Positions 32,228 through 41,740 are shown, numbered from the stretch's first letter. The stretch: DNA of 64,000 nt from Bacilli bacterium (GCA_045118975.1 JBGVCT010000016.1:28199-92198); one strand, 5' to 3'. Notes: generated from the sequence alone by a model not told the origin. Numbers and translations: made by a program.

Positions 32228-33608
32228 TAATGGACAAAATAAATGATCTATCCAACCAGAAACAGTGTTTAGTATAATATGCTAAACCTGTTTTTTTATC
32301 TGGAACTGGTAAAATGTATCCACCACCACTTTTGTCTATACCAGTAGAGTCATGTGGTCTAACGTGACAAATGTGATTAAATGTACTTCCTGGGAAGTTA
32401 GTAAAATATTTTCCTGCTGAATATGAATTTACTATATCACCAGATTTGATAATTTTTTGAGTGTATTCCCATGTTTCTTTTACTTCTTTATCAAGTATTT
32501 CTAAAGGCATGTTCCAAAATTTAATTTTATCTAGATAGTAAACGCCATTTTTCTTCTTGAAAACAACAAACATATATTTAGTTGTATCAAATTTTTCTCT
32601 TAATTCAGAGGATTCCCACGTTTGCTCTGCAATATCTATATATTTAAATGTAGGAAAAGACATATGCTCTTTAATTTTGCCATTTTCTTCAATTCTAATT
32701 GTTTTTAATTCTAGATTTGCTTTTCTAAATTCATCGGTATTATTGATGTGACCGTTGAAACCTAACATTGCGCCAGTTAATACATTAAATCTGCTTTTTA
32801 GGGCAGGATTATTAGGTATGCCAAATTTTTCAAATAACTCGACTTCAGACATACCATAGTAAGGTTTTAATTTTTGATCCATAATTGCTTCAAATGTTGA
32901 ATTTTTAAGTTCTTCAAAAGAAACTATAGATTTACATTTTTCTCCAATAAGATTTTTATTTATTATTGTATTGATATATGAAGGCTTTAAGCAGTATGCT
33001 CTTTGTTTGGCTAATTTATCTGAAGCAGGTTGTTTTCTATAACTGCTTGCAGCATCTTTTCCTTTGGTGCAAGCGCCTAAATACATTGTGTCTGCTTCTG
33101 ACAAAGTATCAGCTAGTCCGTTATTAATTTTATCTACTATTAATTGCCAATCGTATTTTATTATTTCTAAATCTTCTTGAGAAAATGAATGAAGAATTGA
33201 ATCGATAAGATAAAAGTCGAAATCCTCTTTTTCTTCGTATAAATAAAACATTAATAATAGAGACATGTTTTTCTTCCAAAAAGTGCTATCTTCAAATGGG
33301 ATATTATATTCCAACATATAGTCAATGATATTAAGAACAAGTCTTTCTTTAGCTACATACTCATTATTTTTTAGTTTTTTTAGACCAGTTACTTTTAATT
33401 CTACGCCTAAATCAGCAAAATCAGCTTCAGGGCGAGAATTAGGAGGATAGTGAAAGACTCCTTCTTCAATAATTTGACCAATAACACCTTTATTGTTTTT
33501 TGCTAATGAGCGGTTATTAATATTGTATTCTGATATTCTATGACCACTTGTTTGCTTAGCAATTTCAAGTAGTTCGTTTGCTGAACTATATTTTGGTATT
33601 GTATTCAT
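32211..33608 (-). CDS. Sau3AI/MutH-family type II restriction endonuclease
   Basis: NKGVIGQIIEE...ADF..LGVELKVT, LSEADTMYLGACTKG and duplicated MutH-like domain. Confidence 0.88.
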   Translation of the reverse strand: MNTIPKYSSANELLEIAKQTSGHRISEYNINNRSLAKNNKGVIGQIIEEGVFHYPPNSRPEADFADLGVELKVTGLKKLKNNEYVAKERLVLNIIDYMLEYNIPFEDSTFWKKNMSLLLMFYLYEEKEDFDFYLIDSILHSFSQEDLEIIKYDWQLIVDKINNGLADTLSEADTMYLGACTKGKDAASSYRKQPASDKLAKQRAYCLKPSYINTIINKNLIGEKCKSIVSFEELKNSTFEAIMDQKLKPYYGMSEVELFEKFGIPNNPALKSRFNVLTGAMLGFNGHINNTDEFRKANLELKTIRIEENGKIKEHMSFPTFKYIDIAEQTWESSELREKFDTTKYMFVVFKKKNGVYYLDKIKFWNMPLEILDKEVKETWEYTQKIIKSGDIVNSYSAGKYFTNFPGSTFNHICHVRPHDSTGIDKSGGGYILPVPDKKTGLAYYTKHCFWLDRSFILSIINDVK

Positions 33609-33689
33609 GTTATATCGCCTTCTTTATAGAAAAATTATAGCAAATAAAAATAAAGGGCACATTTATTTTAGAGATATTTCAAAAAAAAC

Positions 33690-33718
33690 TTGATCAAGAC
33701 AGAAGTTTGTGATATGAT
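33690..33718 (+). promoter_or_regulatory. Methyltransferase promoter whose -35 box contains GATC
   Basis: TTGATC-17 nt-TATGAT with extended TG, within the palindrome CTTGATCAAG. Confidence 0.6.
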
Positions 33719-33746
33719 TATAGTGTTTTGAAAGAGGTGAATCCGA

Positions 33747-34991
33747 GTGAATAAAAGTGTAGTTGAATTATTTGCTGGTGTAGGTGGTTTTAGAGTAGGA
33801 CTTAATAAAATCAAAAATATAGATAACAATGGTAAAGCAGTAGAAAATGGTGATTGGGATTTTGTGTGGGCTAATCAATGGGAACCTGCAACAAGAACTC
33901 AAGATGCTTTTGATTGTTATATAAAAAGATTTGGTAAAGATAGTTGTTCTAATGAAGATATAACTACTGTTATTAAAGAAAACATTCCTGACCATACATT
34001 ATTAACTGGTGGATTCCCTTGCCAAGATTACTCTGTTGCTAGAACAAAATCTGGCGAAAAAGGAATTGAAGGTAAAAAAGGTGTTTTATGGTGGCAAATC
34101 AATGACATCTTATTAGCTAAAAAGCCTCCATTTGTTTTATTAGAAAATGTAGATAGACTAATAAAAGCTCCTGCTAGACAAAGAGGTAGAGATTTTGGAA
34201 TTATTTTAAGATGTTTAAATGATGCTGGTTACTGTGTTGAATGGAGAGTAATTAATGCTGCAGAATATGGACATCCTCAAAAGAGAAGAAGAACATATAT
34301 ATTTGCATATAACAAAAATACAAACTATTACACTCAACAATGTAATGTGACTCCAGAAGAAATCTTATTAAATAAAGGTATGTTTGCTAAATCATTTCCT
34401 GTATCTAAGTTAGCTACTAAAGTTAGCCAAACAGATTTAAGTTCTAATTCATATAATGATTTAGTAGATATGACAGCAGAATTTAAATTCAACTTTGAAA
34501 ATAGTGGATACTTATGTGATGGTATTGTATATACAGCTAAAACTCAACCTGTATTGGAAGATCCAATCACATTATTCCAAATTAGAGAACAAGACAGCGT
34601 TGATGCAAAATATCAATTAACGAAGAATATAGATAAGTTCATATATTTAAAAGGAAGTAAAAAAATACCTAGAGTATCTAAAACTGGTATGGAATATAAT
34701 TATTCTGAAGGCAAAATGTCTTTCCCAGATAGATTAGATATGCCAGGTAGAACAATGCTTACAAGTGAAGGAACAGTAAATAGAAGTTCTCATGTAATAA
34801 GCGACTTACAAACTGGTATGTTAAGAATTATTACTCCAAAAGAAGCAGAAAGACTTAACCAATTCCCAGATAACTGGACTAATTCAGGAATGACAGATTC
34901 AAAGAGATACTTCATGATGGGAAATGCATTAGTTTGTGGCGTAATTGAAAAAATTGGTAATCAATTAAATGAAATTATAGACTGCGAATAA
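33747..34991 (+). CDS. DNA (cytosine-5)-methyltransferase, M.Sau3AI-like
   Basis: ELFAGVGG, GGFPCQDYS, ENV, QKRRR and MGNALV motifs; divergent from the restriction gene. Confidence 0.93.
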   Translation: MNKSVVELFAGVGGFRVGLNKIKNIDNNGKAVENGDWDFVWANQWEPATRTQDAFDCYIKRFGKDSCSNEDITTVIKENIPDHTLLTGGFPCQDYSVARTKSGEKGIEGKKGVLWWQINDILLAKKPPFVLLENVDRLIKAPARQRGRDFGIILRCLNDAGYCVEWRVINAAEYGHPQKRRRTYIFAYNKNTNYYTQQCNVTPEEILLNKGMFAKSFPVSKLATKVSQTDLSSNSYNDLVDMTAEFKFNFENSGYLCDGIVYTAKTQPVLEDPITLFQIREQDSVDAKYQLTKNIDKFIYLKGSKKIPRVSKTGMEYNYSEGKMSFPDRLDMPGRTMLTSEGTVNRSSHVISDLQTGMLRIITPKEAERLNQFPDNWTNSGMTDSKRYFMMGNALVCGVIEKIGNQLNEIIDCE

Positions 34992-35016
34992 TTATATAAT
35001 TTTTATGGATGTTTTG

Positions 35017-35035
35017 TGAGAACATTTTGAGAACA
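35017..35035 (+). repeat. TGAGAACA tandem repeats (putative arm-binding sites, right end)
   Basis: Copies at 35017 and 35028 with 11-bp spacing, as at the left end. Confidence 0.7.
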
Positions 35036-35149
35036 CTTTTTGGAAAATTGATTCTAAGCAATACTAAATTGGTGCGAAAAATAGTGAAAAATGACTAAAA
35101 ATATGGTGTTTTTACTATAAAAACCGAGTGTTTGCATACAATCATATGC

Positions 35150-35166
35150 CTCCCTAGCCCCACCAA
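35150..35166 (+). repeat. attR core (duplicated tRNA-Leu 3' end)
   Basis: CTCCCTAGCCCCACCAA. Confidence 0.9.
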
Positions 35167-35177
35167 GTGTGTCGTAT

Positions 35178-35207
35178 GCGAACACCTTATCCAGGTGTTC
35201 GTTTTTT
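35178..35207 (+). terminator. Terminator after attR
   Basis: GCGAACACCT/AGGTGTTCGT hairpin plus T-run. Confidence 0.7.
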
Positions 35208-35311
35208 AATACAAAATCTTCATCAACTCCATTACAAAGAATACATGAACAGTATTCTTTTTTTGTTTTATTAATATTCTGTTATAATAATATAAATTGG
35301 TGGTGAATTAG

Positions 35312-36772
35312 GTGAAAAAAGTAAATTTATTTGATATTTCTAAACTGCATGATAACAAAGCTATCAGTGAGATATATGTAAGATATTTGGCTGACTTTCC
35401 AGATGAAAAACAATATAGACACGAAGAAATTAAATATATAAATGAATTATTGAAAATACTTAATATAGAAACTGAAGAAGTAGAAGATTTTTATTATGGT
35501 TATGAAGTTCCACAATTAAATAAGGAGTTTGATTTACTTAAGGTTACAAAAGAGTCTGTATTAAACATAGAACTAAAAGGAACCGTGGATGATGAGTTGA
35601 AAATACTAGAACAGTTGAAGAAAAACTTGCACTATTTAAAACTTCTAAATAGAAAATGCTATCAGTTCACCTATTTATCTAAAGAACAAAAATTGTTCAA
35701 ATTGAATAAAAACAAACTAGAGGTCATAGATTTTGATGAATTGTATGAAGTAATTAAATCAATATCTCAAGAGGACATTGACGAAGTTTACTTAGATGAA
35801 TATTATAAACCAAATGTTATTTTGGTTTCTCCACTTAATAATCCTAAAAGATTTATAAGTAATTCATACTTACTAACTGAAAATCAGGAAAATATAAAAA
35901 AAGAAATAATTAATGATTTAGAAATTAATAACAAGAAATATTACGCTATTCATGGGAATGCAGGAACTGGAAAAACATTACTACTATATGATATTGGGAA
36001 AACACTTTCTGAAAATAAAAATATTCTTCTTATCCATTCTGGTATTATTTGTAAAGGACATAGCTTTTTGAATAAAAATATGGAAAAATTTAAGATAATT
36101 TCAGCAAAAGATTTAAAGTACAAAGATTTAAGAAATGTTGATGTTTTGCTTGTTGACGAAGCTCACAGATTGTATAGAGAAGATTTAGAAAAAATAATAA
36201 AATGGGTAAATAAGAAAGTTTACTCTTGTATTTTTTCTTTTGATGGAAAGCAAGTCTTATCTTATAGTGAAGAACGAAGGCAAACAACAGAAAATATAAA
36301 ATTCATATGCAAAGGAAGATTACACAAATTAACAAATAAAATTAGAACAAATAAAGAAATTTCCTTATTTGTACAATGTTTATTTGATTTGAGTAAGTAT
36401 AGGGATGAATACAAATTTGCTAACGTTAAAATTGTTTATGAGCCAGACAAACTTAAAGCGGTTGAAAGGGCAAAGAATGCTTTGGGTTACACATATATAT
36501 CATATACAGGTTCTTTTTATAATCATGATATAGACTACCAATTTTCTCAACATAATACTCACAATGTCATTGGTCAAGAATTCGATAGGGTATGTATGAT
36601 CATGGGAAATGAATTTTATTATAAAAACAATAAATTAAAAGGATATACTCATCCCACTCCGGACTATATTTATACTCAATTGTTATATCAAGGATTAACG
36701 AGAGCTCAAACTGGTGTGCTTTTAATAATAACTGATATTGAGCTTTTGAAAAGCATATTAAACCTGATTTAG
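35312..36772 (+). CDS. PD-(D/E)xK-like nuclease fused to an SF1-type (DUF2075/Schlafen-group-3-like) helicase
   Basis: EFDLL...NIELK, GNAGTGKT, VDEAHRL, IGQEFD and YQGLTRA motifs. Confidence 0.75.
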   Translation: MKKVNLFDISKLHDNKAISEIYVRYLADFPDEKQYRHEEIKYINELLKILNIETEEVEDFYYGYEVPQLNKEFDLLKVTKESVLNIELKGTVDDELKILEQLKKNLHYLKLLNRKCYQFTYLSKEQKLFKLNKNKLEVIDFDELYEVIKSISQEDIDEVYLDEYYKPNVILVSPLNNPKRFISNSYLLTENQENIKKEIINDLEINNKKYYAIHGNAGTGKTLLLYDIGKTLSENKNILLIHSGIICKGHSFLNKNMEKFKIISAKDLKYKDLRNVDVLLVDEAHRLYREDLEKIIKWVNKKVYSCIFSFDGKQVLSYSEERRQTTENIKFICKGRLHKLTNKIRTNKEISLFVQCLFDLSKYRDEYKFANVKIVYEPDKLKAVERAKNALGYTYISYTGSFYNHDIDYQFSQHNTHNVIGQEFDRVCMIMGNEFYYKNNKLKGYTHPTPDYIYTQLLYQGLTRAQTGVLLIITDIELLKSILNLI

Positions 36773-36821
36773 AAAGAAAAAGTTGAATTTTATTAGATTT
36801 GTAATGAATGGAGGAAAATAA

Positions 36822-38066
36822 ATGAAGGTATCCAGCGCAATAAGTGAAGTATTAAACGTATTGAAAATCCCTAATGAAGAAAGAAGACTACTTCATGATA
36901 TTTATATAATTAAATATAGTGATAATATTAAATCGGAAAAAGATTATGATAAATTAAGAAATAATCCAGAATATCATCTTGTTGGTAGAGAAAAAATACG
37001 AAAGTATAACTCGGCATTTGAGCACTTATATAATTCTTTAGGTCTTGAGGTGGCAGGACTATCATCAAATGAATTTAGAAAGAAAATTGAGCAATTACTA
37101 TTTTTTGACAATTTTACTGAGGAAAAAATTAGAGAAAAATTGAAAAGTATACCTCTGCAACACTATCATTGTGTAGATAAAATATATGGGATAAACATAG
37201 AAAATGATATGCTAGTATTAGGAAAATACACATTATTAAATCCTATTTATATATCTCATTACTTAAAAGAAAAAATAGAAGCAAAAAACCATCACTATAT
37301 AGATGATTTTATAGATACAGAAGAAAATGCAGATAAATTCATATACGTTATTTGTGATTATTCAGGTAAAGGCGTTGATTTACCAAGGGAAAAATTTGAT
37401 ATGGATTTAGCGACCTTTATAAATATTCTTAGATATATGATTCGAATAAAAAATTCAAGACTTAACATAGATTTAAGTGCATATAATCCAAGGCAGCTAA
37501 ATAAATTTCAATTTTCTGATGAGGGTAGTATCTATAGTAGTTTTAAGATAGATAGAAAAGATGTGACAATTACATTGTATGAAGACTATATTACAGATAT
37601 TGATTTGGGTTTTAATAAAATTTGGGAAATAACTAATAAAGATAACAAAAATGATTTTGAAAATAGAATTATGCTTGCTATAGATTGGGTTGGACAGTCT
37701 CTTCAAGAAAATAATGATGATATGTCAATATGTAAACTTGCTTTTGCATTTGAGTCATTATTTCATGTGCAAAAAGATAATATGATAAGCCCAAGTATTC
37801 AATATAGTATTGCAGAGAGTGTCGCTTTCCTAATTGGAAAAACGCCTGAAGAAAGGATAAATATAAAAAAAAGATTTAAGGAATTTTATTCTCATAGATC
37901 TTCAATTGTTCATGGTGGAAGTTCTAAAAAGAAGAGTGATTATGACTATTTCTTGTCATTATTAATAGGGTCCATTTCGTATTTATTGACTGATGAAAAT
38001 TTTGCGAATTGTAAAAACGGAGAAGATATATCCAATATTCTTGATATGAACTTTAAGTTTAAATAA
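36822..38066 (+). CDS. ApeA-like HEPN domain protein
   Basis: C-terminal AFESLF...FYSHRSSIVHGG with RxxxxH. Confidence 0.75.
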   Translation: MKVSSAISEVLNVLKIPNEERRLLHDIYIIKYSDNIKSEKDYDKLRNNPEYHLVGREKIRKYNSAFEHLYNSLGLEVAGLSSNEFRKKIEQLLFFDNFTEEKIREKLKSIPLQHYHCVDKIYGINIENDMLVLGKYTLLNPIYISHYLKEKIEAKNHHYIDDFIDTEENADKFIYVICDYSGKGVDLPREKFDMDLATFINILRYMIRIKNSRLNIDLSAYNPRQLNKFQFSDEGSIYSSFKIDRKDVTITLYEDYITDIDLGFNKIWEITNKDNKNDFENRIMLAIDWVGQSLQENNDDMSICKLAFAFESLFHVQKDNMISPSIQYSIAESVAFLIGKTPEERINIKKRFKEFYSHRSSIVHGGSSKKKSDYDYFLSLLIGSISYLLTDENFANCKNGEDISNILDMNFKFK

Positions 38067-38373
38067 AAATTGAGAGCTTTATTTAGCTAAATAAAGTTTA
38101 AAATAGAAATAATAACCTTTTAAATATAACAGTTCGTTTTCTATATTTTGAGTTCCACCATATCTAAATAATTACTCTGATACAATCGTGTATTGGAGTT
38201 TTTTTATACCAATTCATAGTAAAATAGGAAAGGTTTGGATGTTTCAAGTGTATTTGTCCTTAAGTAATGTTTAAATGATGCAGTTGTAAGGACTCTAATA
38301 TAGCGAGGTTTAGTTTAAGTATCATTATCTGTATTATGTAGGCGCGTAATGGATCAAGATCAAAAAAACAAGC

Positions 38374-38448
38374 AAAAAAGGCATCCGAAGATGCCTTTTT
38401 TGAAAACCTCCACAGTCTATTACACGAGCAATAGATAGCTTTGAATAC
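38374..38448 (-). ncRNA. Putative small RNA downstream of the PemK-like gene
   Basis: Minus-strand promoter TTGACA(38483-38478)-17-TAATAT, internal 8-bp hairpin, terminator with a C(UUCG)G loop. Confidence 0.55.
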
Positions 38449-38540
38449 ACACATATATTACTTAATTTTACACTATTTGTCAAATATAAGTTATAATAAT
38501 GTGTACAATATATAGTATGAACTGTTGTTGTAAATTTATA

Positions 38541-39386
38541 CTAAATCATAAAATATATTTTTAAATTTTCTTTTATCTTTTGAATTTCCTCTTCAGTTAA
38601 TTCAATAGTTAGTTGGGTGTTTTTATCAATCAAAGGTTTTACAAAACGTTTAATACTGATTCGTTTTCCGTCATTTAATTTAATAATATTTGTTTTTCCG
38701 TCAATAATTTTTTTAATATTATAATAGTAATTCTTTTTTGGGATTTTGCTAGTTATTGGAAAAACAAAATATGAACTATCTTCTTTATTTTCTGTATTAA
38801 CGTGTTCCTTCCAAACTAAGACAGGTCTTAATTTGTTTATTTCAGAACCTACGTTATTTCCAATATAAGCAAAGTAAATTCTATATTGTACAATATCAAG
38901 TTTAGATTTGTATTTTGAAAATTTAATATCTTCTTTTGTAATGGCCCATTCTAGATATTTAAGCATTTGCTCTGTTAGTGTTATATCATTCAATTTTCCA
39001 TCAATGAGATTGCTGCCTATGGTTGTATTACACTTTGTACCAAAGTCTATCAATAATTTATCTACTATTGATTTGGTGACTAAATCAAATTCATATGGTG
39101 TAGCTATTACTTCTTTTCCTTTTAAATGAAGTTGACGTTGCATTTGATGTTTGTTTATTTTTTCATATGTTCCAAGTATGTAAACTTTATTTAAATTGTT
39201 TATAGTAATATATTTAGAAGTTGATTCAGGTTCAACTAATTTTGCCATTAAGACAAAAGGTTTAACATCAGTATCTCCAAGATAAATTCCTATTTGTTCT
39301 TCACCATTTTCGTCTAGATATGAATATATATTTTTAGGAAATAATTGTACTTTCATTTTTGTCACCTCTAATATTAAGTATATCAT
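38541..39386 (-). CDS. PemK/MazF-like domain protein with N-terminal extension
   Basis: GNNVGSEINKLRPVLVW...VFPITSK MazF-type motif. Confidence 0.75.
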   Translation of the reverse strand: MIYLILEVTKMKVQLFPKNIYSYLDENGEEQIGIYLGDTDVKPFVLMAKLVEPESTSKYITINNLNKVYILGTYEKINKHQMQRQLHLKGKEVIATPYEFDLVTKSIVDKLLIDFGTKCNTTIGSNLIDGKLNDITLTEQMLKYLEWAITKEDIKFSKYKSKLDIVQYRIYFAYIGNNVGSEINKLRPVLVWKEHVNTENKEDSSYFVFPITSKIPKKNYYYNIKKIIDGKTNIIKLNDGKRISIKRFVKPLIDKNTQLTIELTEEEIQKIKENLKIYFMI

Positions 39387-39474
39387 ATATTCCTTGTTTT
39401 TTTAATAAATAATATGGCTTATAATATGTTGCTTTGATATGATTTAGATAACATTAAACAGAGGATAGGTTAAT

Positions 39475-39786
39475 ATGGTAGGCAAATATAAAGTTATTAC
39501 ATTATGTGGAAGTACTAAATTTAAGGAAGAGTTTTTAAGAGAACAAAAAAGACTAACGTTAGAAGGCAATATAGTAGTTTCAGTAGGCTTGTTTGGTCAT
39601 AGTGGTGACAACGAAGTTTGGAGTGAAGGAACTAAAGAAATGTTAGATGATATGCATAAAAGAAAAATAGATATGGCGGATGAAATATTTGTTATAAATA
39701 AAGATGGATATGTTGGTAGTAGTACTAAATCGGAGATAGAATACGCAATTAAAACAAACAAAAAAGTTGTTTATATGGAAAATTGA
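39475..39786 (+). CDS. Conserved hypothetical protein (nucleoside deoxyribosyltransferase-like fold)
   Basis: ITLCGSTKF...KIDMADEIFVIN..GYVGSSTKSEIEYA pattern. Confidence 0.55.
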   Translation: MVGKYKVITLCGSTKFKEEFLREQKRLTLEGNIVVSVGLFGHSGDNEVWSEGTKEMLDDMHKRKIDMADEIFVINKDGYVGSSTKSEIEYAIKTNKKVVYMEN

Positions 39787-39956
39787 TCTTATAACGATTA
39801 CTTAAAGCGAATTATTAAAGGGGGATAAAGAAAAATAAGCAAAAAAGGCGAGGCTTCAAAAAGTGTATGCACAACCAAATGTAAAGCATAAGTTGGATAC
39901 AATAGTGTTCAACTTTTTTTGCTTATATAAATGGTTGTGCTATTATAATTAAGGAG

Positions 39957-40586
39957 ATGATTGGTGTGAAAAACAAGCTAGTTACCAAAGAAGCTCATAA
40001 TGCGATAGCAGAAAAGTATTATGAATTATATAAAGATGATATATCAGATTTGAAATATTTTGATTTATTTTTAGAATGTTGTAAATCTAAAATTTTGGAT
40101 TTAGGATGTGGTATGGGACATTATTCAAATTATATGTATAATAAAGGATTTGATGTTGTGGGTATTGATTTTTCACAAAATATGATAAATATAGCAAAAA
40201 AAGATAATCCAAACATTAATTTTATTGTTTCAGATATTTGTGATTTAGATGTGATAAAAAATCAAAAATTTGATGGAGTTGTCATAGCGTATGTTTTACA
40301 ACATTTATCTAAAGAAGAAGTTTTAGATTTATTTGTACAAATAAATAATATAGTTAATGATAATTCTAAACTATTAATATTTTTAAGAGAAGGTAATGGT
40401 ATTGTTGAGGAAGTAGAACCCATTGATACAAGATATAAATATGTAATAAACGAATATTCTAAAGGGGAAATAAGCGAAATTTTAATAAAAAATGGGTGGA
40501 AGATAAATTTAATAGATACAAAAGAATATATAGAAGACCCTAACTCTCTTGCTCCCAATACCTTGGTTATATTGGCGGAAAAATAG
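39957..40586 (+). CDS. Class I SAM-dependent methyltransferase
   Basis: ILDLGCGMG and GIDFS motifs. Confidence 0.88.
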   Translation: MIGVKNKLVTKEAHNAIAEKYYELYKDDISDLKYFDLFLECCKSKILDLGCGMGHYSNYMYNKGFDVVGIDFSQNMINIAKKDNPNINFIVSDICDLDVIKNQKFDGVVIAYVLQHLSKEEVLDLFVQINNIVNDNSKLLIFLREGNGIVEEVEPIDTRYKYVINEYSKGEISEILIKNGWKINLIDTKEYIEDPNSLAPNTLVILAEK

Positions 40587-40629
40587 CCTTTTATTTATGT
40601 GTTGATTTTTAGTAAGAGCAAATAAAATT

Positions 40630-41607
40630 GTGGGTATTTGTGATATATTGTATATGGATGGTGGTTGTAGTATGGTTATGAAAGATTCTAATTTTATCGA
40701 GTCATTGAAGAATTTAGATAAAGAAAAATTAGCAATGATACCAAAGGCGGATTTACATAATCATGCTGTTTTTTCTTGTGGGAGAGACTACTTGGCTATG
40801 AATAATGTTGATATTCCTTTAGATCAAAGAGTTAATAATATTAGTGATTTAATAAATTTTGCTAGAAAATATATTAAACCCCTACAAAATAATAAAGAAG
40901 GATTATATGTATTGTTAAATGGAACTTTCAAAAAATGCTTAGAAACTGGTGTAACTATAGTTGATACAAATATTGACTATAAAATATGTATTCAAGTGTT
41001 TGATAACAATGTTAGTGAGTTTGTGAATTTCCTTAAATATTTTACATATGAAAACTTAAAGGTTCATTGGATAATTGATATTAGTAGGGATAGTTATTTG
41101 CAAGAATATGAAGAAATCATTATTGAATTAATTAAAACAGGTTTTTTCTATGGAATAGATTTAACTTCAACAGAAAATTGTCTACCTAATATAATGTTTA
41201 AAAATATTTATGAATTGGCAAATAAAAGCGGGTTAATAACAAAAGTTCATTGTGGTGAACAATTGGGAGCAGATTATATAAAAGAGTGCATCAATGATTT
41301 TAATCCTAAGCAAATTCAACATGGTATACGTATTGTGGAAAGTGAAGATGTAATGAAATTAGCAAAATCAAAAGGGATAGTATTCAATGTGTGTCCTACA
41401 AGTAATCTTGTTTTAAATTATGCGAAAAGTTTAAAGGAACATCCAATATCTTATATGGTATATTATGGATTGAATGTTACTATAGGAACAGATGATATTT
41501 TATTATTTGAAAGTGATATAAATGATGAATATATAAAATTATATGAGAATAAGGTATTAACTGCAGAACAGTTGGATAAGATACGCGAGTTCTCTTTAAG
41601 GGTATAA
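40630..41607 (+). CDS. Adenosine deaminase family protein
   Basis: PKADLHNH, VHCGE, IQHG, VCPTSN and GTDD motifs. Start probably near 40672. Confidence 0.85.
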   Translation: MGICDILYMDGGCSMVMKDSNFIESLKNLDKEKLAMIPKADLHNHAVFSCGRDYLAMNNVDIPLDQRVNNISDLINFARKYIKPLQNNKEGLYVLLNGTFKKCLETGVTIVDTNIDYKICIQVFDNNVSEFVNFLKYFTYENLKVHWIIDISRDSYLQEYEEIIIELIKTGFFYGIDLTSTENCLPNIMFKNIYELANKSGLITKVHCGEQLGADYIKECINDFNPKQIQHGIRIVESEDVMKLAKSKGIVFNVCPTSNLVLNYAKSLKEHPISYMVYYGLNVTIGTDDILLFESDINDEYIKLYENKVLTAEQLDKIREFSLRV

Positions 41608-41740
41608 TGATATATAGTATCGCTATATTTTGCTTTGTTTAATTTTTGTGTTTGAAAAATAGTCTCGGTTATTGCAATGATAAAATGCGCGAGGTATAAT
41701 AAGTATGAAAAGTATAATTTGTTATACTATAGGAGGCTAT

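Larger units (their letters stand above)
21845..35166. mobile_element. ~13.3 kb tRNA-Leu-integrated element with defence cargo
   Basis: Direct repeat CTCCCTAGCCCCACCAA at both ends, integrase next to attL, repressor and replication module, RM cargo. Confidence 0.9.

Noticed and set aside
38260-38454. 64-aa minus-strand ORF as a type I toxin
   Set aside because: It has no RBS, starts at or before the predicted transcription start, and runs through a strong terminator.
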